Shown piece by piece: positions 1 through 9,341 of a stretch of 38,774 bases of DNA (position 1 is its first letter; each line of letters starts with the position of its first letter). The notes beneath the pieces were generated by a model. It saw nothing but the letters and a program-made list of their open reading frames with translations, had not been told where the DNA came from and searched no databases. The DNA is from Bacillota bacterium (GTDB lineage: Bacteria; Bacillota; Limnochordia; Darwinibacteriales; DTU012). Where the stretch lies: assembly GCA_012798795.1 (NCBI GenBank), contig JAAZMN010000038.1:1-38774 (forward strand), written 5' to 3'. The position numbers and the translations under genes are program-made.

Positions 1-6
1 AAAGAT

Positions 7-34
7 GAAACGGTAAATCCGTTTCTTTTTTTTT
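7..34 (+). terminator. Intrinsic terminator of the upstream gene (outside window; often sigG at this locus)
   Basis: GAAACGG-taaat-CCGTTTC stem followed by 9 T. Confidence 0.75.
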
Positions 35-96
35 GTACCGGCATATACATAAAATAACAAGCGTGTTAAATGTTACCGGTATAGGAGGGAAGCAGC

Positions 97-375
97 GTGT
101 ATATTAAAACAAGCGAATTGCGGCAATTGGATGTTATAAATATCGAGGACGGACGTTTCTTAGGTCATGTTTGCGATGTGGATCTTCATCCAGATACAGG
201 TGCCATACGCTGCTTAATCTTAGAAGGATCTGAAGGTGGATTACTGCGATTTTTCAAACACGATGATATTGAAATTCCATGGCAAGAAGTGGTAATGATA
301 GGGATTGATGTGGTAATTGTAAAAACTGAAGTAGGTAAAGCTAAATCTTATGCATATCGGACATGGCGCAGGTAG
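97..375 (+). CDS. ylmC: YlmC/YmxH family sporulation PRC-barrel protein
   Basis: SELRQLDVINIEDGRFLG, IPWQEVVMIGIDVVIV motifs; GGAGG RBS; upstream of nrdR as in Clostridia. Confidence 0.88.
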   Translation: MYIKTSELRQLDVINIEDGRFLGHVCDVDLHPDTGAIRCLILEGSEGGLLRFFKHDDIEIPWQEVVMIGIDVVIVKTEVGKAKSYAYRTWRR

Positions 376-423
376 TGATTTTAAGGTATAATGAATCTAT
401 ACAATATTAGGAGTGAACAAACA

Positions 424-879
424 ATGCGATGTCCGTTTTGTCATCATAAAGATAGTAAAGTACTGGATTCACGAGCAACTGAAGAAGGAGCTTCAATTAG
501 GCGCAGGCGCGAATGCACTAAGTGCAGTCGCAGATTTACTACATACGAAAGGCTAGATCAAGTACCTTTTATGATTGTAAAAAAAGATGGTAGGCGCGAA
601 GCTTTCAGCCGCGATAAAATTCTCAATGGTGTATTGAAAGCCTGTGAGAAACGTCCGATTTCTCCAGACCAAATTGAAAAGATGATTGATGATATAGAAA
701 AAGATGTTCGTAATACTACTGAGCGAGAAATTACTTCTAATGAAGTTGGAGAAATTGTGATGGAGCGATTAAAAGAACTCGATGAAGTTGCTTATGTAAG
801 ATTTGCCTCAGTGTATCGGCAGTTTAAAGATATCAATAGTTTTATGAGTGAACTGCAGCAGTTACTTGAGGGAGAGTAA
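424..879 (+). CDS. nrdR: Transcriptional repressor NrdR (Zn ribbon + ATP cone)
   Basis: MRCPFC, RRRRECxxCxxRFTTYE, [10 protein letters not shown]; start moved to ATG 424 after AGGAG. Confidence 0.97.
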   Translation: MRCPFCHHKDSKVLDSRATEEGASIRRRRECTKCSRRFTTYERLDQVPFMIVKKDGRREAFSRDKILNGVLKACEKRPISPDQIEKMIDDIEKDVRNTTEREITSNEVGEIVMERLKELDEVAYVRFASVYRQFKDINSFMSELQQLLEGE

Positions 880-880
880 T

Positions 881-1642
881 ATGTGGTATCAAGCGGTAGA
901 TAGTGGAAGGGAATTGTGGAAAGTTAAGAATTGGGACAAATATTCATGGTTGACCCATGGATTTACATCGCGGCATTGGGGTAACCTGGCACTGCATGTT
1001 GAGGATATTGCTGATGTAATTACAGAGCGTGAAAGACTCAGCCAATACTTAGGGATTTCCCTGGACAGCTGGGTTGTGGGCAACCAAATTCATAAAGCCA
1101 ATATTCAAAGGGTAAAACCAAGTGATAAGGGACGCGGTGCTGTTGACCATGCTTCTGCATTTTGCGATACCGATGGAATGATTACAGAGTATCCGGGTTT
1201 ATTTTTAGTTACCTTTTATGCAGATTGTGTTCCCCTGTTTTTTGTAGAACCGAAATCTCGGATTATTGGCATAGCACATGCTGGTTGGCGGGGAACCGCA
1301 GCCCAAATAGGCCCGGCGATGGTTAACTATTTTCGTTTGGCTTATCAACAAGCTGATCTTAATCATTTAGAGGTAGCTATCGGCCCTTCAATTGGGAGCT
1401 GCTGCTATCAAATTAGTGAGCAGGTTGCGGAAAATTTTAGTCAACAATCATTAAGCTGTAGTTCAGATGGGATTTATTTAGATTTATGCTTAGCTAATAA
1501 ACTGCAGCTGATTGCCAGTGGAGTAAATGCGAACAATATATTTTTAGCAAACCAGTGCACCTATTGCAATAACTCATTTTTCTCTTTTCGTAGAGAAGGG
1601 AAGAATGCCGGAAGAATGGCTGCCTTTATTTACAGAAGCTAA
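881..1642 (+). CDS. pgeF: PgeF/YlmD (YfiH family) purine nucleoside phosphorylase / peptidoglycan editing factor
   Basis: HGFTSR, QIH, ADCVP, AHAGWRG, IGPSI, FFSFRRE; ATG 881 after GGGAG. Confidence 0.92.
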   Translation: MWYQAVDSGRELWKVKNWDKYSWLTHGFTSRHWGNLALHVEDIADVITERERLSQYLGISLDSWVVGNQIHKANIQRVKPSDKGRGAVDHASAFCDTDGMITEYPGLFLVTFYADCVPLFFVEPKSRIIGIAHAGWRGTAAQIGPAMVNYFRLAYQQADLNHLEVAIGPSIGSCCYQISEQVAENFSQQSLSCSSDGIYLDLCLANKLQLIASGVNANNIFLANQCTYCNNSFFSFRREGKNAGRMAAFIYRS

Positions 1643-1664
1643 AACCGTATAAATGCAGTATCAT

Positions 1665-1691
1665 AAAGGAAATCTAGTGGTTTTGTCGAAT
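1665..1691 (+). promoter_or_regulatory. sigmaH-type promoter with overlapping Spo0A-box-like heptamer
   Basis: AAAGGAAAT-N11-GTCGAAT; TGTCGAA at 1684-1690. Confidence 0.65.
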
Positions 1692-1712
1692 CTGAAGGTG
1701 AGGTGGTTTTAT

Positions 1713-3947
1713 TTGAGATCACTAAATTCGAAACAACGTGAAATTGCCGGCATTTTATTATTTTTATTAGCGGTATTTTCATTAATGAGTCTTTACTTTG
1801 AATCAACCGGTTGGGTTGGACTTAAGATAAAAAAATGGTTAGAGGTTGCTTTCGGGGAAACAGCAGCTGTTTTTAGTGTAATTCTTATTGTTATTGCCAT
1901 TAGCTTCTTTCGCGGTAAATTTTGGCCGATTAAAATTCGCAAGTTAATTGGTTATTTTCTGCTGCTCAGCTGTTTTATGACAATTTATCATTTGTTAAGT
2001 ATCTATCAAGGATATCAATTGCCTCCGTCCATGGAAGAAGAGATTCATTTTGGGCAGATGGGTTTAGGTGCCGGAGTAGTCGGTGCGATTTTAATGGTTG
2101 TCTTTTTAACGGCCTTCGGCAGAATTGGTAGTTATATTATTATCGGGGGTTTGTCATTAATCGGTATTATTTTAGTATTTAATATTTCCTTTATAAGTCT
2201 GTATAAAAAAGCAGCTTCGTTTTTTGTTAGTATGATGCAAGACATATCATCCGGGATAAAAGATATTATTAGCGAGATAGGCAGTAAAATCGGAGAATTT
2301 AAAGAAAATCATCAAGCACTTGTCAAATTGGAGACATCAGCAGCAGCAGAAAATGATTATACAAAAGGGCAAACCCATGAGATTAATGCTGACAAGCATA
2401 AAGGTAAGCATGAAAAAAGAACTGAAAGAATTAGTACTGCACAAAAACCTGCTCAACCTGAAACAAGTGTTGAAAAAACCAGCAGCTCTGGTTATGAGCA
2501 TCGCAGCAGTACTTATCGTATGCCATCGGTTAACTTACTGAAAAAAAGTTCTCAAAATATTAAGCATAGTCTTTCGGAAAACAAGTCGAAACTGTTGGAA
2601 AAGACCTTTGACAGCTTTGGAATTATCGCCAAAGTAGTTAATGTTTGCCAAGGACCGGTAGTTACCCGCTACGAACTGCAGATAGGCCCTGGAATTAAAG
2701 TAAGCAGGATAACAAGTTTAGCTGATGATTTAGCTCTGGCTTTGGCAGCTACGAATGTACGGATCGAAGCACCGGTTCCCGGTAAATCTGTAGTTGGAAT
2801 CGAAGTTCCCAATAAAACGACTCAACCGGTTTTGATTCGAGATGTTATAGAACATCCGGGTTTTATGAATCATCCTTCTAAGGTCGCTATGGCTTTAGGT
2901 AAAGATATAGCCGGAGAACCAGTAATAGGTGATCTGAAGAAATGGCTTCATCTACTGGTAGCTGGGGCTACAGGTTCTGGGAAAAGTGTATGTTTGAATG
3001 CAATTATTATCAGTCTTTTATTTCGAGCCACACCTGAAGAGGTTAAACTGTTAATGATTGATCCGAAACGCGTTGAATTGGCTAATTATGATGGAATTCC
3101 CCATCTTATATCTCCGGTGATTACAGATTTAAAAAAGGCAGCTACAGCTTTGAAGTGGGCTGCGGGTGAAATGGAACGCAGATATAAACTGTTTGCCGAT
3201 GTGCGAGTTAAGAATATTGAGTCTTATTATCAGTATTGTGATTTACAGAACGAGAAGTTGTCTAAAGAAGATATAGCGCAAGAAGAAGAAGAAATTGAAC
3301 ACTTACCTTATATTGTTATTATTGTAGATGAGTTGGCCGATCTGATGATGGTTGCTGCATCGGAAGTAGAGGATGCCATCTGCCGTCTTGCTCAAATGGC
3401 TCGGGCTACAGGTATGTATTTAATATTATCCACTCAACGACCTTCGGTTGATGTAATTACAGGTTTAATTAAAGCAAATGTTCCTTCCAGAATATCATTT
3501 GCCGTATCATCGCAGATTGATTCTCGTACTATTTTGGATATGGGAGGGGCAGAGCGCTTGATTGGCAAAGGCGATATGCTGTATTATCCAATGGGCGCTT
3601 CTAAACCTAACAGGGCTCAGGGTGCTTACGTATCTGATAAAGAAGTCCAAGCATTAGTTAGATTTTGGAAAAAGCAGGCGGAACCAGAATACGAAGCTGA
3701 AGTTTTAAAAGAGAGTTCAACTGTAAGTGTTGTTTCTGATGATACCGATGAATTACTTGAAGATGCAATTCGTTTGGTTGTGGAAACGGGACAAGCATCA
3801 ATATCAATGCTGCAGAGGCGGTTTCGGATTGGTTATAACCGGGCAGCTCGTTTAATTGATACTATGGAAGTAAGATCAATAGTCGGTCCATATCAGGGAA
3901 GCAAACCCAGAGAGGTTTTAATTGATAGCGATAGTCTAGACTTTTGA
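1713..3947 (+). CDS. ftsK: DNA translocase FtsK/SpoIIIE
   Basis: N-terminal TMs, HLLVAGATGSGKS, IIVDELADLMM, STQRPS, gamma domain ASISMLQRRFRIGYNRAARL; start reassigned to TTG 1713 after GAGGTG. Confidence 0.96.
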   Translation: MRSLNSKQREIAGILLFLLAVFSLMSLYFESTGWVGLKIKKWLEVAFGETAAVFSVILIVIAISFFRGKFWPIKIRKLIGYFLLLSCFMTIYHLLSIYQGYQLPPSMEEEIHFGQMGLGAGVVGAILMVVFLTAFGRIGSYIIIGGLSLIGIILVFNISFISLYKKAASFFVSMMQDISSGIKDIISEIGSKIGEFKENHQALVKLETSAAAENDYTKGQTHEINADKHKGKHEKRTERISTAQKPAQPETSVEKTSSSGYEHRSSTYRMPSVNLLKKSSQNIKHSLSENKSKLLEKTFDSFGIIAKVVNVCQGPVVTRYELQIGPGIKVSRITSLADDLALALAATNVRIEAPVPGKSVVGIEVPNKTTQPVLIRDVIEHPGFMNHPSKVAMALGKDIAGEPVIGDLKKWLHLLVAGATGSGKSVCLNAIIISLLFRATPEEVKLLMIDPKRVELANYDGIPHLISPVITDLKKAATALKWAAGEMERRYKLFADVRVKNIESYYQYCDLQNEKLSKEDIAQEEEEIEHLPYIVIIVDELADLMMVAASEVEDAICRLAQMARATGMYLILSTQRPSVDVITGLIKANVPSRISFAVSSQIDSRTILDMGGAERLIGKGDMLYYPMGASKPNRAQGAYVSDKEVQALVRFWKKQAEPEYEAEVLKESSTVSVVSDDTDELLEDAIRLVVETGQASISMLQRRFRIGYNRAARLIDTMEVRSIVGPYQGSKPREVLIDSDSLDF

Positions 3948-3958
3948 GGTGAGCTTAG

Positions 3959-4327
3959 ATGGAAGATTTAGGTGCATTTCTACAACAAGCTAGGGAAGAA
4001 AGAAATTTAAGTATTGCTGATATTGCTGACAGAACTAAAATCAGGCAGCTGTATTTAACTGCAATTGAAAAAGGGGAAAGGGAGAATTTACCAGAGGAAG
4101 TATATTTACGCGGATTTTTGCGTAGTTATGCTAAGGCTTTGGGAATTGATCCGGAGGAAGTGATTGCTCTCTATGATAACAGGGGTGCTGAACGGATAAA
4201 GCAGTTTGAAAGGGTATCCTTGGTAGATAAGCGCAGAGCTGCACGTCAGCGCCAGAGAATTAACTTTCTTATTGGTGCTGGAATAATCATCATTGTTTTA
4301 TTAGCTTACCATTATTATTTTAGGTAA
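3959..4327 (+). CDS. rodZ: RodZ-like HTH membrane protein lacking the C-terminal extracellular domain
   Basis: LGxxLxxAREER...YLRGFLRSYAKALGID, basic patch, single C-terminal TM; position after ftsK. Confidence 0.75.
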   Translation: MEDLGAFLQQAREERNLSIADIADRTKIRQLYLTAIEKGERENLPEEVYLRGFLRSYAKALGIDPEEVIALYDNRGAERIKQFERVSLVDKRRAARQRQRINFLIGAGIIIIVLLAYHYYFR

Positions 4328-4339
4328 AAGATAGGAGGT

Positions 4340-7042
4340 ATGCGTAATATGGGAAAAACGAGGAGAACAATCTGGATTGTAATTGGATTGTTTGCAGTTA
4401 TTTTACTAGGCATAATTGCCGGTAGTCACTTTATAACTGAATTAATGTGGTTTAAAGCTTTAGGGTATTCGAAATTGTTTATCACTAGGCTTTCTTGGGA
4501 GTGGGCAGTCAAAATAGCGGCATGGTTGGGTTTATCTCTGTTTTTGTTTATCAATCTAATGATTGTAAAACCCATGATGAAGGGGTTGTTTGTGCGGTTT
4601 CAACAGTCGGGGAAAACTGTAAAAGATAAGCATTTAGTAATTATTTCTGTCTTAGTCTCCTTACTATTAGGCTTAATCTATTCCTCGGGATTTAGTAAAT
4701 ACTATTTTAATATAGCGCAGTTTTTTAATGCTGAATCATTTGATGTGGCAGATCCGGTATTTGGGAAGGATCTGAGTTTCTATTTTTTCATTCTTCCCGT
4801 ATTACAACTACTGACTCATGAATTCATCGGCGTTTTTGTCATTACAGCGGTAATATGTTCTGCAGTCTATTTCTTTACCGGTAATTTTCGTTTTGAAAAT
4901 CATAGATTGACTTTATCTACTTATGCTAAAAGGCACCTATCGGTTTTAGTCGGTTTGATATTTGTTGTGAAAGGAATCGGTTACTATCTGAATACTTTCA
5001 ATTTGTTATTTGAACCCAGTGGAGCCGTGTTTGGTGCGGGCTATACCGATGTTCATATCAGAGTAATCGTTCTTAAGATTTTAATGGTATTGGCATTTTT
5101 CGTAAGTATTATCATTTTTGCTCAATTATACCATTATCGTAAGCTGTTTTTTGGTTCATTGATTCTGTGGTTAGCAGTGAGCTTAATTGGCGGAGTTTTT
5201 CTGCCGCAATTTGTTCAGAATTGGGTGGTTGAACCTAATGAATTTACTCGCGAGCTGCCGTATATAGAGAATCATATTAAGATGACAAGACTTGCTTATG
5301 GGCTGGATGATTTTATCGAAATGAGTTTTCCTGTAAGTGAGCAGTTGACATGGGAAGATATCGAGAGCAGTCGTACTATGATAAATAATATTCGCTTATG
5401 GGATCCTAGGCTGATTCTTCAGACCTACGGTCAGCTTCAAGAAATGCGTCCGTACTATTTATTTAGTGATGCGGATGTGGGACGCTATTGGGTAGACGAT
5501 GAATATCGGGAAGTACTGCTTGCGGCACGGGAATTAGACGTGAGCTTAACTCAAAATAGGAATTGGATTAATGATCATCTTCAGTACACTCATGGGTATG
5601 GGGTAGTAGTCAGTCCTGTTAATGAAGTATCTCGTCAGCAGTTGCCTCAGTTTTGGGTGTCGGATATTCCGCCGAAAGGCAAAAGCGATTTGCAGATTAC
5701 GCAGCCAAGAATTTATTTCGGCGAACGGACTAATGAATATGCAATTGTAAATACTCGGATCGAGGAGTTTGACTATCCAACCGGTGAGGGTAACGCATAC
5801 TATACCTATCAGGGAGAAGCCGGAGTTGAGCTTTCGTCTTTACTGCATCGTTTAGTATTTTCTGTTCGTTTTGGCACTACTAGGCTTTTGTTGTCCAATG
5901 ATATTACTAGAGAAAGCAGAATATTGTTTGATCGTAATATTAAAACAAGGATAAATAAGATTGCTCCATTTTTGCGTTATGATAATGACCCGTATATTGT
6001 CATTTCTGATCAGGGTAACTTATTCTGGATAATTGATGCATATACGGTTTCCAGTCGTTTTCCTTATGCCAAACCTACTCCCGGATGGGGTAATTATATT
6101 CGTAATTCAGTAAAAGTAGTTGTTGATGCGTATAATGGTTCTGTAGGGTTTTACCAAGTCGAAGCTGATCTGCTACTGGAAGCATACAGTGCTATTTTCC
6201 CCGGCTGGTTAAAGCCGCTAAGTGAGATGCCCGAAGATCTGCAGGCTCATTTACGTTATCCGGAGGATTTTTTAGCAATTCAGGCAAAAATTTACGGTAC
6301 TTATCATATGCAGGATACCCGAGTTTTTTATAATCGCGAAGATGTTTGGGTTATGGCTCGTGAAATTTACGCTGAACGTGAACAGGAAGTGGTCCCATAT
6401 TATGTTGTCATGCAGTTAGCTGATGAATTAGCTCCGGAATTGCTGTTGATGATTCCATTTACACCTGTAAGGCGAAACAATATGATTGCCTGGCTTGCAG
6501 CTCGCAATGATGGGGAAAACTATGGTGAGGTCGTTGTCTATCAGTTCCCTAAAGATAGCTTGACGTTAGGGCCTGCCCAAATAGATGCTACAATTGATCA
6601 AGATTCGGATATTTCGCAGTTATTGAGTCTGTGGGGTCAGCGGGGCAGTCAGGTTATCAGGGGCAATCTGTTAGTATTACCAATTAAACATTCAATTTTA
6701 TATGTGGAACCACTATTTTTACAGTCTGAGCAGAGCAGCATGCCTCAGCTGCAGCGAGTAATTGTGGCTCATCAAGATGAATTAGTAATGGAGCAGTCAA
6801 TTGAGCAAGCTCTACGAGTACTTTTTGGCGAGGGCAATGCGGATATAAAAACAGAAGTTCCTAAGGATGTTCAAGCTAGAGTAGAGACTGATTTAGGTGA
6901 AATTTTCTATAGTGAATTGGGGCAGAAGGCATTTGATTTATATAAAAACGCTGAACAAGCTCTGCGTGAGGGAGACTTCACAAGCTTTGGCGAGGCTTGG
7001 GAACAATTAGAATCTGTTCTAAATAGATTAATAAATGAATAA
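4340..7042 (+). CDS. UPF0182 family integral membrane protein
   Basis: DPVFGKDLSFYFF, GAGYTDVH, NIRLWD, HLQYTHGYG, HLRYPEDF, VIRGNLLVLP; 900 aa. Confidence 0.93.
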   Translation: MRNMGKTRRTIWIVIGLFAVILLGIIAGSHFITELMWFKALGYSKLFITRLSWEWAVKIAAWLGLSLFLFINLMIVKPMMKGLFVRFQQSGKTVKDKHLVIISVLVSLLLGLIYSSGFSKYYFNIAQFFNAESFDVADPVFGKDLSFYFFILPVLQLLTHEFIGVFVITAVICSAVYFFTGNFRFENHRLTLSTYAKRHLSVLVGLIFVVKGIGYYLNTFNLLFEPSGAVFGAGYTDVHIRVIVLKILMVLAFFVSIIIFAQLYHYRKLFFGSLILWLAVSLIGGVFLPQFVQNWVVEPNEFTRELPYIENHIKMTRLAYGLDDFIEMSFPVSEQLTWEDIESSRTMINNIRLWDPRLILQTYGQLQEMRPYYLFSDADVGRYWVDDEYREVLLAARELDVSLTQNRNWINDHLQYTHGYGVVVSPVNEVSRQQLPQFWVSDIPPKGKSDLQITQPRIYFGERTNEYAIVNTRIEEFDYPTGEGNAYYTYQGEAGVELSSLLHRLVFSVRFGTTRLLLSNDITRESRILFDRNIKTRINKIAPFLRYDNDPYIVISDQGNLFWIIDAYTVSSRFPYAKPTPGWGNYIRNSVKVVVDAYNGSVGFYQVEADLLLEAYSAIFPGWLKPLSEMPEDLQAHLRYPEDFLAIQAKIYGTYHMQDTRVFYNREDVWVMAREIYAEREQEVVPYYVVMQLADELAPELLLMIPFTPVRRNNMIAWLAARNDGENYGEVVVYQFPKDSLTLGPAQIDATIDQDSDISQLLSLWGQRGSQVIRGNLLVLPIKHSILYVEPLFLQSEQSSMPQLQRVIVAHQDELVMEQSIEQALRVLFGEGNADIKTEVPKDVQARVETDLGEIFYSELGQKAFDLYKNAEQALREGDFTSFGEAWEQLESVLNRLINE

Positions 7043-7066
7043 TTTGTACTGCCTTTCGCATATATT
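7037..7066 (+). promoter_or_regulatory. Sporulation sigma (sigmaE/sigmaG-like) promoter of spoIIP
   Basis: GAATA-N17-CATATATT upstream of RBS. Confidence 0.55.
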
Positions 7067-7089
7067 TTCTGCGGAAGGGGGTATATAGC

Positions 7090-7866
7090 TTGTCAAGAAT
7101 CCGAAGAAAAGAGAAAGACGGTCCCGGTTTGTTGTTTATACTAGTTACTTTGATTGTAGTGGCAGTTGTCGGAGCAAAGTTTTTTGGTTTTTATCCGGAA
7201 AGTCCTGAACAGGAAAGTCCCGAACCACATATTTCCTTAGAGGATGAATCGGGTAAAATACCGCCTGCCCTAATGGTACCTAAAGTTTTAGTGTTTCACA
7301 GTCATGCAACTGAAAACTACAAACCAAAAACAAGTCATCAGCATGACTCAGAGCCTGGTGATATTGTGGAAGTAGGAAAAGTGTTTGTTCAGGCTTTGTT
7401 AGAAAAGGGAGTAGCAGCTGTTCATGATCAGACTATTCATGATCGGCCCCGCTACAGTGACGCATTTATTAATTCATCTAAGATAGTAGAAAAAGCACTG
7501 GCTGAAAATTCTCAAATCCAAATGGTTTTAGACATTCACCGAGATGGATTACAGGACAAACCTGCTGGGTACACTACTATAAGGGTTAAAGGGCAGGATG
7601 CTGCTAAGATCTTATTTGTTATTGGCGACAAAGATAATGATATGCTCGAAGAAAACCTTGCTTTTGCAAAACGAATCAGCGATGCATTAGATGCTAAATA
7701 TCCAGGGGTATCTCGTGGTGTTCGCGTATTTAAATCGGATTACAGTCAAGAGCTGCATCCTAACAGTGTAATGGTGGTAATAGGAGATTGGGAAGGTAAT
7801 ACAATTGAACAGGCATGTGCAAGTGCTTTATTATTAGCAGAGGTTATAGTACCGTTAATCAAGTAG
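7090..7866 (+). CDS. spoIIP: SpoIIP family protein (short; catalytic Glu apparently replaced)
   Basis: N-terminal TM, FHSHATENY, LDIHRD, YPGVSRG, YSQELHP. Confidence 0.85.
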   Translation: MSRIRRKEKDGPGLLFILVTLIVVAVVGAKFFGFYPESPEQESPEPHISLEDESGKIPPALMVPKVLVFHSHATENYKPKTSHQHDSEPGDIVEVGKVFVQALLEKGVAAVHDQTIHDRPRYSDAFINSSKIVEKALAENSQIQMVLDIHRDGLQDKPAGYTTIRVKGQDAAKILFVIGDKDNDMLEENLAFAKRISDALDAKYPGVSRGVRVFKSDYSQELHPNSVMVVIGDWEGNTIEQACASALLLAEVIVPLIK

Positions 7867-7872
7867 CCGGCG

Positions 7873-7898
7873 AAGGTGGGTCACTTGTGACCTACCTT
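7873..7898 (+). terminator. Stem-loop after spoIIP (possible terminator, weak U tract)
   Basis: AAGGTGGGTCAC-tt-GTGACCTACCTT with one G-U pair. Confidence 0.5.
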
Positions 7899-7982
7899 AC
7901 TCATTTTATGTTATTTATTCATATTTTAGCAGCTTATGGGAAATAATAGATTTAGGTGCCAGGCAGTTAAGGGGTGTGCAAA

Positions 7983-9341
7983 ATGAACCAAAGAATTCAT
8001 TTTATTGGAATTGGGGGCACAGGCATGGGTCCTCTGGCAAAGGTTTTTTTGGAAATGGGTTGGCAGGTAAGTGGGTCCGATTTAAAGGCTTCTGAAACAA
8101 CTCATTATTTGCAAAAATTAGGTGCAACAATATCATTGGGACATGCGGCTGAGAATATCGAGGGAGTATGTGATGTGGTTTATTCTTCTGCAATTCCATT
8201 TGACAACCCGGAATTAACTGCAGCGATAGAAAAAAACTTGAATATATATCACCGCTCGGAATTGTTAGCAAAATTACTGAATGAACGCCGAGGGATAGCC
8301 GTTGGGGGAGCTCACGGTAAAACCACAATTACATCAATGATTTCTTGGGTTTTAGATCAAGCTGGGCTGGACCCGACTATTTTAATTGGTGCGAGATTTG
8401 CTCCTTTCGGGCCTGGTGCAAAATTTGGCGGGGGTAATATTGCTGTTGCTGAAGCAGACGAATCAGATCGAAGCTTTCTTCGCTACCACCCTGAAATTGC
8501 CGTTGTCACCAGTATTGAAGCCGATCATTTAGAGAATTATAATGGTGACTTTTCCGAACTGATCAGTACTTATAAGCAGTTTTTAGAAAATGTAAAACCT
8601 AACGGAGTGGCAGTATTAGGTATTGATGATTATGAAGTACGAAAGATAACTGCTGTTTACCCAAATGCACTAACTTATGGTTTTTCAGAAGACGCTAAAT
8701 GGCGTGCAGAGATAACTGAACTTAAACAAGTACAAACAAAATTTTCTTTGTTCTTTCAGGGAGAAAAGTACGGGGATTTTACACTAAAGGTACCGGGTCG
8801 GCATAATGTAAGCAATGCGTGTGCTGCGATTGTGGTGTGCGACTTTTTAGGTTTATCAGCTGAAAAAATTGGACAACATCTTGCTACATTTTCTGGTGCC
8901 CAACGCAGGTTTCAGATTATCTGCGAAAAAAAAGGTGTTACAGTTGTAGATGACTATGCTCATCATCCTACTGAAATTATCGCCACTTTAAGAGCAGTGA
9001 GGGAAGGTTGGGATCGAAGGGTTATTGCAGTTTTTCAACCACATCGGTACAGCAGGACAAAATTTTTGTTCGACGAGTTTACTAAAGCGTTCTTTGATGC
9101 AGACATCATTATCTTAACTGATATTTATGCTCCGCCGCCTGAAGAACCTATAGCAGGAGTAAGTTCGGAGGTAATGGTGAAAAGAATTAGAGCTTTAGGA
9201 AAGGAAGTTTATTTAATTAAAGATCAAAAAGAGGTTGTTCGGTTTCTGATGAAGATTGTCAGGGCTAATGATATAATTATTACGATGGGCGCAGGCCCGA
9301 TTTGGAAAACAGCTAAAGAGGTTTGTCAGTTATTAGATTAA
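7983..9341 (+). CDS. murC: UDP-N-acetylmuramate--L-alanine ligase
   Basis: IHFIGIGGTGM, GAHGKTT, EADESD, DDYAHHPTE, FQPHRYSRT; ATG 7983 (GTG 7974 alternative). Confidence 0.96.
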   Translation: MNQRIHFIGIGGTGMGPLAKVFLEMGWQVSGSDLKASETTHYLQKLGATISLGHAAENIEGVCDVVYSSAIPFDNPELTAAIEKNLNIYHRSELLAKLLNERRGIAVGGAHGKTTITSMISWVLDQAGLDPTILIGARFAPFGPGAKFGGGNIAVAEADESDRSFLRYHPEIAVVTSIEADHLENYNGDFSELISTYKQFLENVKPNGVAVLGIDDYEVRKITAVYPNALTYGFSEDAKWRAEITELKQVQTKFSLFFQGEKYGDFTLKVPGRHNVSNACAAIVVCDFLGLSAEKIGQHLATFSGAQRRFQIICEKKGVTVVDDYAHHPTEIIATLRAVREGWDRRVIAVFQPHRYSRTKFLFDEFTKAFFDADIIILTDIYAPPPEEPIAGVSSEVMVKRIRALGKEVYLIKDQKEVVRFLMKIVRANDIIITMGAGPIWKTAKEVCQLLD

